Of a stretch of 49,486 nucleotides of DNA, positions 27,314 to 36,506 are shown piece after piece; the first letter of the stretch is position 1; each line of letters starts with the position of its first letter. Source of the stretch: Myxococcota bacterium (GTDB taxonomy: Bacteria; Myxococcota_A; UBA796; GCA-2862545); NCBI GenBank assembly GCA_039208735.1, contig JBCCQY010000054.1:1-49486 (forward strand), read 5' to 3'. The notes below the pieces were generated by a model, which saw nothing but the letters and a program-made list of their open reading frames with translations, had not been told where the DNA came from and searched no databases. Position numbers and translations under genes: made by a program.

Positions 27314-28192
27314 GTGGAACATCTGCACAAAACCCTGTCTGCGCTGCCCGAACGCAATCTCACGGTTCGGTTGCTCGAACTCACGGGCAAGCTGGTGGAC
27401 CAGTCCTGGTCCAACCCCCGAGATCTCGCCGGTCTCATTCGCGATGTCACCGGTGAGGAAGAAGAGAGCTACCTCCAGGAGATCGGAGAGCGGGCCATCA
27501 CGTTGTTCGCCGACCCAGACGAACGCTACCAACGTGCCATTCGCGCCTACCGGCTGGTCGATGATGTCGACAAGCTGGTTGGAACCGCAAGCTTCCTCGA
27601 CCAAGTGGCCCAACGCGTATCGTTCTTGAGCTTTCTCGATCGTCTGATTCCCAAGCCTGAGACCATGCAGGCGGTTGATGCCGGGGCCAAGTTGCTCGCC
27701 GAGCTGGTCGGATTCACCAGCGTAAACGGATTGCCGGGCGACAGTGTGAGCGACTTTGCCAAGTCTCTGGCGAATTCCGCCCACGAAGACCGCCTGCGGC
27801 TCACCTGCTGGGTGGTGGCCGACGGGGTGCTCCCATTTGGCCCAGACTTCGTGCAGCTCGTGGTGGACCGGGTCGGTTCAGCATCGCTCGATGACCTTGA
27901 ACAGAGCACGCTGTTTAGGCAGGTCCGTGGCTTGCTCCCCGGCGGCGAGAACGCGCAAAAGCTGATGGTATCCACCCTCGAAGGCGCGGGGGACTGGATT
28001 GGCTCGGTCCTTCGCGACCGTGGGCTGGACCAGAACTCCATCGGAACCGCCCTGCAGGACATCCTCGACGTGGGCGAGGGTAGCTTCGATGTCATGGCGG
28101 CAGCGATCGACGTAGGGACCAACTACTTCGAGCACACCGGCACCCAAAGCGTGGCCCGTCAGGTGGTGCGTCGCGCGTACGGCGAAGTGTAG
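27314..28192 (+). CDS. Conserved hypothetical alpha-helical protein (292 aa)
   Basis: NGLPGDSVSDF, DGVLPFGPDF and TNYFEHTGTQSVARQVV.RA motifs. Starts 8 bp after the lipoprotein gene. Confidence 0.8.
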   Translation: MEHLHKTLSALPERNLTVRLLELTGKLVDQSWSNPRDLAGLIRDVTGEEEESYLQEIGERAITLFADPDERYQRAIRAYRLVDDVDKLVGTASFLDQVAQRVSFLSFLDRLIPKPETMQAVDAGAKLLAELVGFTSVNGLPGDSVSDFAKSLANSAHEDRLRLTCWVVADGVLPFGPDFVQLVVDRVGSASLDDLEQSTLFRQVRGLLPGGENAQKLMVSTLEGAGDWIGSVLRDRGLDQNSIGTALQDILDVGEGSFDVMAAAIDVGTNYFEHTGTQSVARQVVRRAYGEV

Positions 28193-28224
28193 CGCCACGT
28201 CGACCGTGGGTCCGCCGCGTAGCG

Positions 28225-28971
28225 CTACGCAAGCTTTGCTCGACGGTGCTCGCGGTACAGCCGCAGGGCAAATGCTCCGGCGGGGTGCGCCCTCCACTGC
28301 TGGGCCTCCGCCCTCGCTTCGGCGGGAAGGTCATCGGGTTGGGGAAGCGGAATGCCGTAGTTGGGAGGGAGGAGTACGGCGGCGGACATCGCGGCGAACG
28401 TCAGATCCGCGATGGTGAACCGATCCCCGCAGAGGAAGGGTCGACCGTCTCGAAGCACTTGGGCCACATGATCAAACTCCTGGCGGATGGTGACCATGCC
28501 TTGCTTGACGGTGTCGTTGTTCCAACGAAGAACGCGGCGTACGAGCTGAAGAATTGGGATATACATTAGCGGAAAGAGGGCGGATTCCCACCAGGGAACG
28601 CCGCGGAGGCCGTAGCGCCACGCGAGCAGCGGGCGTGAGGCCACTCGGTCGTAGGCCCATAGCCGAGCCGGCGGCCCGAGTTGGGCATCGAATCGTGCTT
28701 CCCATGCGCGAGCTTCGGGCGTGGTGAGCCGTCGTTCGGCAGGGAGCCGTGCGTCGATCCATCTCACGATGTCGGCGGAGTCCGTTAGGGGACCCTCCGG
28801 CGTGACGAGCAACGGTACTGAATGTCCGCCCGCCGGTCGCGTCGCGGCCCGGTGGAACCCCTGAACATGGGCATCCTCGCGATAAGGAATGCCTGCATAT
28901 TCCAGGGCCCATCGAACCTTGTCGCAATAATGACTGATGGGAATGGTGATGAGCCGGAGAGGAACCGTCAT
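28225..28971 (-). CDS. Glutathione S-transferase family protein
   Basis: LITIPISHYCDKVRWALE, SVPLL, DSADI and FLCGDRFTIADLTFAA motifs. Confidence 0.9.
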   Translation of the reverse strand: MTVPLRLITIPISHYCDKVRWALEYAGIPYREDAHVQGFHRAATRPAGGHSVPLLVTPEGPLTDSADIVRWIDARLPAERRLTTPEARAWEARFDAQLGPPARLWAYDRVASRPLLAWRYGLRGVPWWESALFPLMYIPILQLVRRVLRWNNDTVKQGMVTIRQEFDHVAQVLRDGRPFLCGDRFTIADLTFAAMSAAVLLPPNYGIPLPQPDDLPAEARAEAQQWRAHPAGAFALRLYREHRRAKLA

Positions 28972-28998
28972 GCCTGACGGTACCACACCCTCACGGAT

Positions 28999-30558
28999 CT
29001 AGAGGGGGTCCTCGGAGATCGTGATGTTAGCGACGTAGAACTGGTCGAGGCCGTCGGCTCCCGAGGCAGACGCAAAGGTCAGGAACAGATCGCTTGCGTC
29101 GGTCAGCTGAAAGGTCAGCTGCGGATTGTCTCCGGTCGTCGACGCCAATTCGGTGATGGATTTGTCGCCATTGTCCTTGTATACGGTCACAACGGCGTCC
29201 GTAAGCAAGGAGCCGGCCTTGCTGGTTTCGACGAACACGTCCATTGTCCAGCCGGCCTGAGGTCCTTCGTCGATGCGGAACGAGTCGAGGACATCGGGGC
29301 CGTCGAGTTCAGATCCGTCAAGGAAGCCCGCTACCGTTCCGGTGAACACCGTGGTACCATCATCCATGCCGACATCTTCGGCGTCTCGGGGGTCTGCGCT
29401 ACCGTTTTCATCGTCGCGCTCGATGAAGGCGCTCGTACAGTCCGAGATGAGCGAATAGGCGTGTGATGCGCTTCCCTGGCCGTTCGCGTCGGTGACGCGC
29501 AGGTAGTACTGTCCTGAGCCGGACGGAACGGGCAGGGAGATGCCTGCATCGAAGAACACGCTCGGGACGTCATTACTCAAGATTGCGGGGTTCTCGGTTC
29601 GCGCGACCCGAGTGACGGTTTCTCCGGTGCAGGTTTCCGGGTTGTAGCGGTCGCAATCTTCGTAGAAGATCTCCCAAACCGGCGATAGGGCCGAAAGCCC
29701 GGAAGACCAGCCTTCAAGCGAGAAGTGCGGGAACGTCGAAACTTGGCAGTACTGAAATGGCTGGAGATCAAGCGGAATGATGTCGACGTCACCGGCCTCC
29801 CCGATGCGTCCTGGCAGCCAGCCCAGCTCGCCCACATAGGGATCGAGCAGGACATCTGCAGTTTTATCGAGGGTGTTGGCGGCTGCATTCTGGAAGGTGT
29901 CGTTGTCGTTGGCCGTGTCTTCGTTCGGCTCCTCGACCATCACCGATGACAGCAGGATGTCGTATCGATAGTTGGAACCCCCTTCCGCGTCGCGTTCACG
30001 CGACCAGTCGGAGAAATCCAGGACCTGGAAGTACAGGGTTTCATCTGACAGTGCCGTGAATTCCATCCCCGAGTCGGTCTCGGTGATGCGGTAGGGCAAG
30101 TCGTCGTTTTCTCCGATGAGGTTGAAGTCCGCGTCGAAGATCTGAAGCACCGTGTCAGGGCGGTTGCCGCGATGCTCGAGGTACAACACGTACGACGTAC
30201 CCGTGGTCGGCTGGAAGGCGAAGCAGTCGCGATCACCAGGTTCGGCGATGACGTCGCTTTCGGCCAATCCTAGGCTGACGAGGGTAAATGGCCCCGGCGT
30301 GGTTTCCGTGGCCTTCAGAAACAACATTTCCCCTTCTCGACCGGCTTCGCAGGGAGGCGGTTCGACGTAGCAAGGGTCTCCGGGATTGGCCGCGCAAGCC
30401 TCGATGTCTTCGCAGTCCGCAAACCCGTTTCCGTCGTCATCTACGCCATTGTCGCAGATTTCGAAGTCCAGGCAACCCACACAAGGCTCCTCGCCTCCGC
30501 CGCAGCCACCTAAGACCAAAGCACACAGTAGCCCCAACCCAATTCCGTGCATCTTCAT
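28999..30558 (-). CDS. Acidic surface lipoprotein with Ca-binding Cys motif and PPC-like beta domains
   Basis: Lipobox LGGC, EICDNGVDDDGNGFADCED, and PPC-like motifs GDRDCFAF, DTVLQIFD..ENDD and GDVD. Confidence 0.75.
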   Translation of the reverse strand: MKMHGIGLGLLCALVLGGCGGGEEPCVGCLDFEICDNGVDDDGNGFADCEDIEACAANPGDPCYVEPPPCEAGREGEMLFLKATETTPGPFTLVSLGLAESDVIAEPGDRDCFAFQPTTGTSYVLYLEHRGNRPDTVLQIFDADFNLIGENDDLPYRITETDSGMEFTALSDETLYFQVLDFSDWSRERDAEGGSNYRYDILLSSVMVEEPNEDTANDNDTFQNAAANTLDKTADVLLDPYVGELGWLPGRIGEAGDVDIIPLDLQPFQYCQVSTFPHFSLEGWSSGLSALSPVWEIFYEDCDRYNPETCTGETVTRVARTENPAILSNDVPSVFFDAGISLPVPSGSGQYYLRVTDANGQGSASHAYSLISDCTSAFIERDDENGSADPRDAEDVGMDDGTTVFTGTVAGFLDGSELDGPDVLDSFRIDEGPQAGWTMDVFVETSKAGSLLTDAVVTVYKDNGDKSITELASTTGDNPQLTFQLTDASDLFLTFASASGADGLDQFYVANITISEDPL

Positions 30559-30680
30559 TCAGCCCCTCCACATCAACAGACGATACACGGAGAGCTTCGC
30601 AGAGGCCATATGGGATTTGCCACTAGGGCGACAGTGAAGGGTGGCGAGCCATCGCCGGCTGATGTGTCAGATGTAAGGGG

Positions 30681-31088
30681 CTACCAAGGCAAGGCCATGG
30701 AGCGGCGCTCATGCTCGCGGGACACTGCGCCGATCTCGAACACGCGTACAAACGACCACTCGTACCTTCGCATTGCATGACGAGGCGGAGGGGGAAAGGG
30801 GAATTCCTTCGTCATGAGGCGAACCAGCTGATTGTAGCAACAACATCGAACGTGTCGGGTGGGAGTCCACAGTTCGAACCGGCCCTCGGTCAACCGGCAT
30901 GGCGTGATGAGGGACACCTCAGGCTCGCTTCGCCACCATTGAAGATGCAACATCCCGCGCGGCGCAAAATAGCGGTGTCGTTCGTCGTTGAGCGGGTGGC
31001 CAAAGACCTGCCAGCCGCTTGGGGTGTGGTCGATGAGGCACCGTGAGCCGCGGTCGTGAAACGCCGGAGGGGTTGGCGAGATGGGCAC
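30681..31088 (-). CDS. Hypothetical Cys/His-rich protein, divergent from hugZ
   Basis: Fills the gap with protein-like sequence (PRGMLHLQWW, LITPCRLT, HVRCCCY). Start is uncertain (GTG 31088 or 31106). Confidence 0.55.
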   Translation of the reverse strand: MPISPTPPAFHDRGSRCLIDHTPSGWQVFGHPLNDERHRYFAPRGMLHLQWWRSEPEVSLITPCRLTEGRFELWTPTRHVRCCCYNQLVRLMTKEFPFPPPPRHAMRRYEWSFVRVFEIGAVSREHERRSMALPW

Positions 31089-31117
31089 TGCTGCTCCCGA
31101 GGACACTCCTTGTTAAT

Positions 31118-31168
31118 GATCAAGAATTTCAATTTCAACCTTGATCTTGAAAATGAATTTCAATATCA
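31118..31168. promoter_or_regulatory. Fur-box-like operator region
   Basis: AT-rich island. TTGAAAATGAATTTCAA (31147-31163) is a near-perfect palindrome. GAAAATGAATTTCAATATC matches 14/19 of GATAATGATAATCATTATC. GAATTTCAATWTCA occurs twice. It lies upstream of haem genes. Confidence 0.75.
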
Positions 31169-31197
31169 GCTTATGGCTTGAGAGATGGGAGGCAAGC

Positions 31198-32007
31198 GTG
31201 GACGCATCCGAACCCCACCCCGACCAGCAGGCAGCAGCATTGGCGGCGGAGCGGGATCAACCTGCCGTCAACACCCGAAAGTGGTTGCTCAACACCTACA
31301 GCGGCACGTTGTGTACGTTGGCCATCCATCGCGAGGTCGACGGATTCCCGTTTGGCTCGGTCGTGCCCTTCGCGCTCGATGCGCAGGGGCGGCCGTTCAT
31401 CCTCACGGCCAACATTGCGGCTCACACTGCGAACCTCCGCCGGGATCCTCGGGCATCGCTTATGGTGCAGCAGCCTGGGATCGATGGCGATCCGCAAGCT
31501 GGATGGCGGATCACGCTGATGGGGCGTTGGGCGGCGGTTTCGAGTGACGATCCCGAACTGCCGCACCTTCATGCTCGGTACCAGCAGCGGGTGCCCAAGG
31601 CCGAACGGTACCTCGAGACTCATGACTTTGCGTTTTGGCGAATGGAGGCCATCCGCAAAGTTCGGTATATTGCCGGTTTTGGCAAGATTTGCTGGTTCGA
31701 TGGTGCGCGGCTGCTTGCGTCATCCGACCCTGCACTGGAGGCCTCGGCTCCAGGCGCTATCGAGCACATGAACGACGACCATGCTCACAACCTTCAGGAA
31801 ATGTGCCACGGGTTGTACGGCATCGAGCCTGACCACGTGGAGATGACCGCGTTGCATCGGGACGGCTTCTTCGTGCGCACCGAAGCCCCCTCGCGCACGC
31901 TGTTCTTTCCGTTCACCGATGACGTCGGGCCGGGCTCCGTACGGCCAGCGGTCATCGATGTTCTGACGCGGGCCCGACGTGCCGCGAACCCTTCCACCCC
32001 CGTTTGA
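31198..32007 (+). CDS. hugZ: HugZ-family haem oxygenase / haem utilisation protein (PNPOx-like plus DUF2470)
   Basis: GFPFGSVVPFALD, AAHTANLRRDPRASL, HDFAFWR, YIAGFGKICW and AIEHMNDDH motifs. RBS GGAGG precedes GTG 31198. Confidence 0.85.
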   Translation: MDASEPHPDQQAAALAAERDQPAVNTRKWLLNTYSGTLCTLAIHREVDGFPFGSVVPFALDAQGRPFILTANIAAHTANLRRDPRASLMVQQPGIDGDPQAGWRITLMGRWAAVSSDDPELPHLHARYQQRVPKAERYLETHDFAFWRMEAIRKVRYIAGFGKICWFDGARLLASSDPALEASAPGAIEHMNDDHAHNLQEMCHGLYGIEPDHVEMTALHRDGFFVRTEAPSRTLFFPFTDDVGPGSVRPAVIDVLTRARRAANPSTPV

Positions 32008-32017
32008 TGGAGCTCCG

Positions 32018-33118
32018 ATGACGACGCGCCTTTTCTCTCTTTGGGCCATCGGATTCACCTTGGGATGTGAGCCGGCGGCAGATGATCCCTCGCAAACCGA
32101 CCCCGGTGAAGCCCCGATGAACGAGGTGATCTCCTTGGTCGTTGACGCGACCGATCGCGAGACCTTCGCCTATGTCGACCTCGATACTGCCACGGTCCTC
32201 GGGCCGGAAGCGGCATCCTCAGCGGACTGGGAGTTGGCGATTCGCCGGTTCGAGATTCGGACGAACGGAGGAGACTCGGGGTCTGGTCAGGTGATGGCCG
32301 GCCTTGCGGTAGACCCTGAAGGGTTCTACGACGCATCGGGTGAGCCGGTGGTCGATGCCTTCGTGCAGGCGGACGCAGAGGCCCAGCTCGCGGCCCTCAC
32401 GACGCCGTTTACCACTCCAGCGTTGTCGTCCGACCGGATTGAGGGCGTCTTCTCTGAGGATTGGTTCGACTACAACCCGCAAACCGGAATTGCGACTGCA
32501 AATCTGGACATCGGGTGGCTGATTCGAAACGGGGAAGGCGATGGTTTTGCCCGGGTTCGCATGAACGATCTGGACTTTCCCACGCGCGAGGGCAACGGCA
32601 TTCAGTCGTTCTCGGTTGCCGTAGAAGTTGAAGACGCGAAGGGCCTGCAAAAGCCTGTGTTCTTCGAGGGCAGTGTTCCCGGTGAGGGAGGCGAAGTCTG
32701 CTACGACATGGAAGCCGATGAGAACGTCCCTTGCACGGGTACTGCGTGGGACCTCATGCTGGGTTTCTCGGGCCGGGATTCGTTCATCTACACCAATTCG
32801 GGTGACATCGGGGACGGCGCGGGCGGCGCGTTGGGACCGTACCCCTGGAAGGTTCTTGAGACCTACACCAGAGCCAGTGCGTCTCCGGAGGGCTCGGATC
32901 TGTCACCGCGATTCTTCGTGGACGAAACCCAGAGCGTCTTCAGCACCGAGTCCTGGTACGCCTATGACCTGCAAAATCAGTTCCGTCTTTACCCGAATTA
33001 TCGGGTCTATGCGGTTCAGGTGAGCGACGAGGGCCCGCTCTATGGGGTGCAGGTCGCTGGCTACTACGACGACGCCGACGTGGCGGGCCACGTCACGCTG
33101 CGTTTCCTCGAGCTGTAG
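32018..33118 (+). CDS. hmuY: HmuY-family haem-binding lipoprotein (tandem domains)
   Basis: Lipobox TLGC, with VDATDRETFAYVDL, WELAIRRFEIRTNGG.SG.G, WFDYN, WDLML, WYAYD and YYD..GHVTLRF motifs. Confidence 0.85.
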   Translation: MTTRLFSLWAIGFTLGCEPAADDPSQTDPGEAPMNEVISLVVDATDRETFAYVDLDTATVLGPEAASSADWELAIRRFEIRTNGGDSGSGQVMAGLAVDPEGFYDASGEPVVDAFVQADAEAQLAALTTPFTTPALSSDRIEGVFSEDWFDYNPQTGIATANLDIGWLIRNGEGDGFARVRMNDLDFPTREGNGIQSFSVAVEVEDAKGLQKPVFFEGSVPGEGGEVCYDMEADENVPCTGTAWDLMLGFSGRDSFIYTNSGDIGDGAGGALGPYPWKVLETYTRASASPEGSDLSPRFFVDETQSVFSTESWYAYDLQNQFRLYPNYRVYAVQVSDEGPLYGVQVAGYYDDADVAGHVTLRFLEL

Positions 33119-33119
33119 C

Positions 33120-33695
33120 ATGGGGCGGTTTGCTTCGAGCCTTTTGGCGAACGCGCCCCCTGATGTGCTGAACGACGTTATGCGCGGCGCCCTGGGGGCA
33201 GAGGTTCGCCTGCGAGGCCTCGAAGCTGATCAGCGGCAAGCGGAGCTTGCGCGAAATCAGAACAGCAGCAAGCAAAGCTTGCGCGAGTCTGATCACCGCT
33301 GGCCTTCGGCGCAACGCGCCTGCAGGCTCACGCGGTCAGCTTTCGTCGCTTCGCTCCTGCAAGCTGATCTGTGCGAAGCGTCCGACCTGGGCGATCTGAA
33401 GGAGACCAGCGAGGTGCTGGGCCAGCTGTCGACGCGATACACTCCCATTTTGCGCAACCACATCGTCGCCGCAGGGTTCGAGGGTTTCCTTGGGTTCATC
33501 ACCGCCCCTGGGCGGTTGACAAGTGAGGGTCTACGGACCCGCGGCGCGGTGTTTGCGTGTGAAAACCTTCCCTTCGTGCAAACACGAAAGACCGCGCCCT
33601 TGTGGGACGTGCCCCATGGCGAACCACAGAATCCGGAGATGCGGCGCTTAACCCCCCTTCGCCTGCTCTACGCAGGCCTCGATGCGAGGATCTGA
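33120..33695 (+). pseudogene. Uncertain ORF, possibly a relic of a TonB-dependent receptor between the two hmuY genes
   Basis: The ORF abuts both neighbours (TAG-c-ATG upstream, TGATG downstream). Its end GDAALNP/LRLLYAGLDARI (across a frame change in a C-run) resembles a TonB-receptor C-terminal strand. The middle is unrecognisable. Confidence 0.35.
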
Positions 33696-34246
33696 TGCGC
33701 AATGCAATGTGCCTGATGCTCGGCGGGATCAGCCTCTCAGGCTGTTTGATGCCGAGTCTCGCCGACACCCTCGACCCCGGTCCTGCGTTGGACGACGGAG
33801 AGTTGGCCTTTTCCAATGGACAAGCCGAGTTTGTCGTGGATGCAACGGACCGCAAGGTGTTTGTAGCGCTTGATTTGGATACGCTCGAGTACCTTGAGAT
33901 GGATGATCCGAGTTGGGATCTGGCGTTTCGAAGGTTTGAGGTTGCTCTCCAAGATGGTTTGGAAGCGGTGATCCTCGATGGGGTTGCCTTCGACGAGGTT
34001 GTAGAGGTTCCTGAGGGGGAATGGGTCACCGATCAGCCAGATGCCGACGATGACGGCATTCCCGAGTACGCATTTGCCGAGTGGTATGATTATGATTTCG
34101 ACAATCACACCCTCGCCCCCGCAGATCGTACGTACGTCGTGCGTACCACCGAAGACCGGACGTTCAAGGTCGGTTTCCAAAACTATTACGATGAGGCGGG
34201 GACGCCGGCGCGAATCACGATGCGTATCGCGGAGCTGGGACCATGA
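33695..34246 (+). CDS. hmuY: HmuY-family lipoprotein (single domain)
   Basis: Lipobox LSGC, with VDATDRKVFVALDL, WDLAFRR, WYDYDFDNHTL.P, YVVRT...FKV.FQNYYDEAG motifs. Confidence 0.88.
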   Translation: MRNAMCLMLGGISLSGCLMPSLADTLDPGPALDDGELAFSNGQAEFVVDATDRKVFVALDLDTLEYLEMDDPSWDLAFRRFEVALQDGLEAVILDGVAFDEVVEVPEGEWVTDQPDADDDGIPEYAFAEWYDYDFDNHTLAPADRTYVVRTTEDRTFKVGFQNYYDEAGTPARITMRIAELGP

Positions 34247-34265
34247 TGGTGCACTGACCCGGCTC

Positions 34266-34703
34266 TTAGTCCGGCGTGATCGCGGGGAACTCGAGGCCCA
34301 TCATGGCCTTTCGCAAGGTGCGGACGGCCTCGGTCACCGATTCGCGTTGGTCTTGGGGCACCCGGTCCACCATCGCTTGCACGAGCCCCTCGGTGATGCC
34401 GTAGAGCCGTACGGCCTCCTCGGCACCCGAGGCGGTCAGTGCCACCGCGACCCGGCGTCGGTCATCTGGGTCGCGCCGCCGTTCGACGTAGCCCCGGTCA
34501 ACGAGTCCATCGACGAGTCGAGTCACCGCGCCCGGTGTCACGGACAACGTGTCGGCCAATGACGAGACGGTCCGAGGGTCGTCTCGCAGCTCCTGGAGGA
34601 GCACACACTGGGCGACGGTCACCGTGCCGCAGCACACGACGTCCCGTTCGAACGTCGCGAACAGTCGGCAAAATGCGATGACGTCATCCGTGAGTTGGCT
34701 CAT
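34266..34703 (-). CDS. MarR-family regulator with Cys-rich N-terminus (candidate As(III) sensor)
   Basis: Winged HTH VTRLVDGLVDRGYVERRRDPDDRR..LTASG, with Cys at 12, 24, 25 and 33. ATGA overlap with arsM. Confidence 0.85.
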   Translation of the reverse strand: MSQLTDDVIAFCRLFATFERDVVCCGTVTVAQCVLLQELRDDPRTVSSLADTLSVTPGAVTRLVDGLVDRGYVERRRDPDDRRRVAVALTASGAEEAVRLYGITEGLVQAMVDRVPQDQRESVTEAVRTLRKAMMGLEFPAITPD

Positions 34704-35485
34704 GGCTTGCGGGCACGTATCGCGTAGCTGAATACCGTGTCGGCGACCCGCTCGATCGCTTCGGAGCCAAACGTCTGGACCGCCGTCTGGACGATGGGAT
34801 CGCTTAGGAATCCTTCGAGCAGCGAGGCCGCCGGAGTACGGGTGAACGAAACGTCGACGAAGCCTGCGGCCCGGATGTAGCCCAAGTACTCGGCTTCGCT
34901 GGACGCTCCTCCAATGCAGGTCAGCCAGCTGGCTGCCATGTCGCTCAACCCCGCGGGCAACGGTGCACTAAGCACGATGTCGCTCACCGCAAGGCGCCCA
35001 CCAGGCTTCAGAACGCGGAAGGCCTCGCGAAACACCTGTGCTTTGTCGGTACTCAGATTGATCACACAGTTGCTGATCACCACGTCTGCGCGGGCGTCGG
35101 TGACGGGCAACGCTTCGATCTGGCCCTCCCGAAATTCGAGGGTCCGAGCAAAGCCCGCCTCAACCGCATGGGCGCGGGCCTTCTCGAGCATCTCGACCGT
35201 CATGTCGACGCCGATGAATCGCCCTTCTTCACCAAGCTTGGGCGCTGCGACGAGGGCGTCGAAGCCGGACCCCGAACCCAGATCGATGACCACGTCACCC
35301 GCGGTCAGCTCGGCAAGTGCGGTGGGATTGCCACAGCCAAGACCCAAGTTGGCTGCTTCAGCGTTCGCCGTGTCCTCCTTCGAGTAGCCCAAGACGTGGG
35401 CAGTGTTGGGCAACGGGGCCGTGGGGTCTTGGGCACGGGCGCCGTACAGGCGCTGGACCAGCGTTCGCACATCAGCGTCGGACAT
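34700..35485 (-). CDS. arsM: Arsenite S-adenosylmethionine methyltransferase
   Basis: NLGLGCGNP, DLGSGSGFD, GVDMTVEML, DVVISNCVINL..DK..VF.EAFRVLKPGGRL.VSD and CIGGA motifs. RBS AAGGAG precedes ATG 35485. Confidence 0.88.
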   Translation of the reverse strand: MSDADVRTLVQRLYGARAQDPTAPLPNTAHVLGYSKEDTANAEAANLGLGCGNPTALAELTAGDVVIDLGSGSGFDALVAAPKLGEEGRFIGVDMTVEMLEKARAHAVEAGFARTLEFREGQIEALPVTDARADVVISNCVINLSTDKAQVFREAFRVLKPGGRLAVSDIVLSAPLPAGLSDMAASWLTCIGGASSEAEYLGYIRAAGFVDVSFTRTPAASLLEGFLSDPIVQTAVQTFGSEAIERVADTVFSYAIRARKP

Positions 35486-35507
35486 CTGCTTCTCCTTTGG
35501 TTGCATG

Positions 35508-35522
35508 ACTCAATAATTGAGT
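35508..35522. promoter_or_regulatory. Palindromic operator upstream of arsM-marR
   Basis: Perfect inverted repeat ACTCAAT-A-ATTGAGT, flanked further out by TTG...CAA, 22 bp upstream of the arsM ATG. Confidence 0.65.
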
Positions 35523-35578
35523 GGATCAACGATCTGCAAGGCCAAGGGTGTACGCTGTAGATTCTCGAGGAGGGTTTG

Positions 35579-36496
35579 ATGACCGCCTACCATGCCGATC
35601 TGCGCAGCCTGCGCTGGTTCCCGAACTTGCCGGTCTCCCGTGGCAACCTGTGGTGGTTGCGTCGTTTGATCACCGCCATCATTACGATGAAGCCTCTAGC
35701 GAGCGTGCAAATCACGGAGCACGAGGCTGAGGGTGCCAAGGTCCGGGTCTACCGGCCGTCCCAAGTGAAGGCCCCTGCGGCGCTGCTCTGGATTCATGGT
35801 GGAGGCCTCGTGATGGGCACGCCACGCCAAGACGACGGCAAGCTGACTCGTCATGCGGAAGAACTGGGCATTGTCATCGTGTCCGCCTACTATGGGCTGG
35901 CCCCTGAAAAGCCGTTCCCCCATGGCCTCAACGACCTCCATGCCGCTTGGCACTGGCTGCTCAAGCAGGCGGATGAACTCGGTGTCGATCCTGCACGCAT
36001 CGCGATTGGCGGCGCCAGCGCCGGGGGAGGACTCTGTGCGGCCCTGGTGCAACGAATCCACGATGAAGGAGGCCAACCACCAAAGGCGCAACTCCTCGTC
36101 TACCCCATGCTCGATGACCGCACGGCACTTCGCACGGACATCAAGTCGACCGAGCACCCGGTGTGGACGAACAAAGCGAATCGCGTAGGGTGGAGTTCCT
36201 ACCTTGGGGACGCCTTCGGTGCAGAAACGACACCGGAGTACGCGGTTCCCGGACGTCGGCTGGATCTGAGCGGACTTCCGCCTGCGTGGATCGGAGTCGG
36301 CACACCCGATCTGTTCCATGATGAAGATGTCGAGTACGCGCGCCGACTCGAAGCGGCGGGGGTTTCCGTTGACCTCGATGTGCTCGACGGATGTATTCAT
36401 GCCTTCGATGGCCTGGCGCCGGATGCCGACATCTCAAAACACTTCGTCGGCCAGAAGAACGCGTTCTTACGCAAGGCCCTTGAGTTGCCGGCCTGA
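35579..36496 (+). CDS. Alpha/beta hydrolase, hormone-sensitive-lipase (family IV) esterase
   Basis: IHGGG, GASAGG, YPMLDDR, DLFHDE and HAFD motifs. Confidence 0.92.
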   Translation: MTAYHADLRSLRWFPNLPVSRGNLWWLRRLITAIITMKPLASVQITEHEAEGAKVRVYRPSQVKAPAALLWIHGGGLVMGTPRQDDGKLTRHAEELGIVIVSAYYGLAPEKPFPHGLNDLHAAWHWLLKQADELGVDPARIAIGGASAGGGLCAALVQRIHDEGGQPPKAQLLVYPMLDDRTALRTDIKSTEHPVWTNKANRVGWSSYLGDAFGAETTPEYAVPGRRLDLSGLPPAWIGVGTPDLFHDEDVEYARRLEAAGVSVDLDVLDGCIHAFDGLAPDADISKHFVGQKNAFLRKALELPA

Positions 36497-36506
36497 CGCC
36501 TGAACG

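Noticed and set aside
31141..31197. N-terminal extension of hugZ from TTG 31141
   Set aside because: It runs through the Fur-like operator. GTG 31198 has a good RBS.
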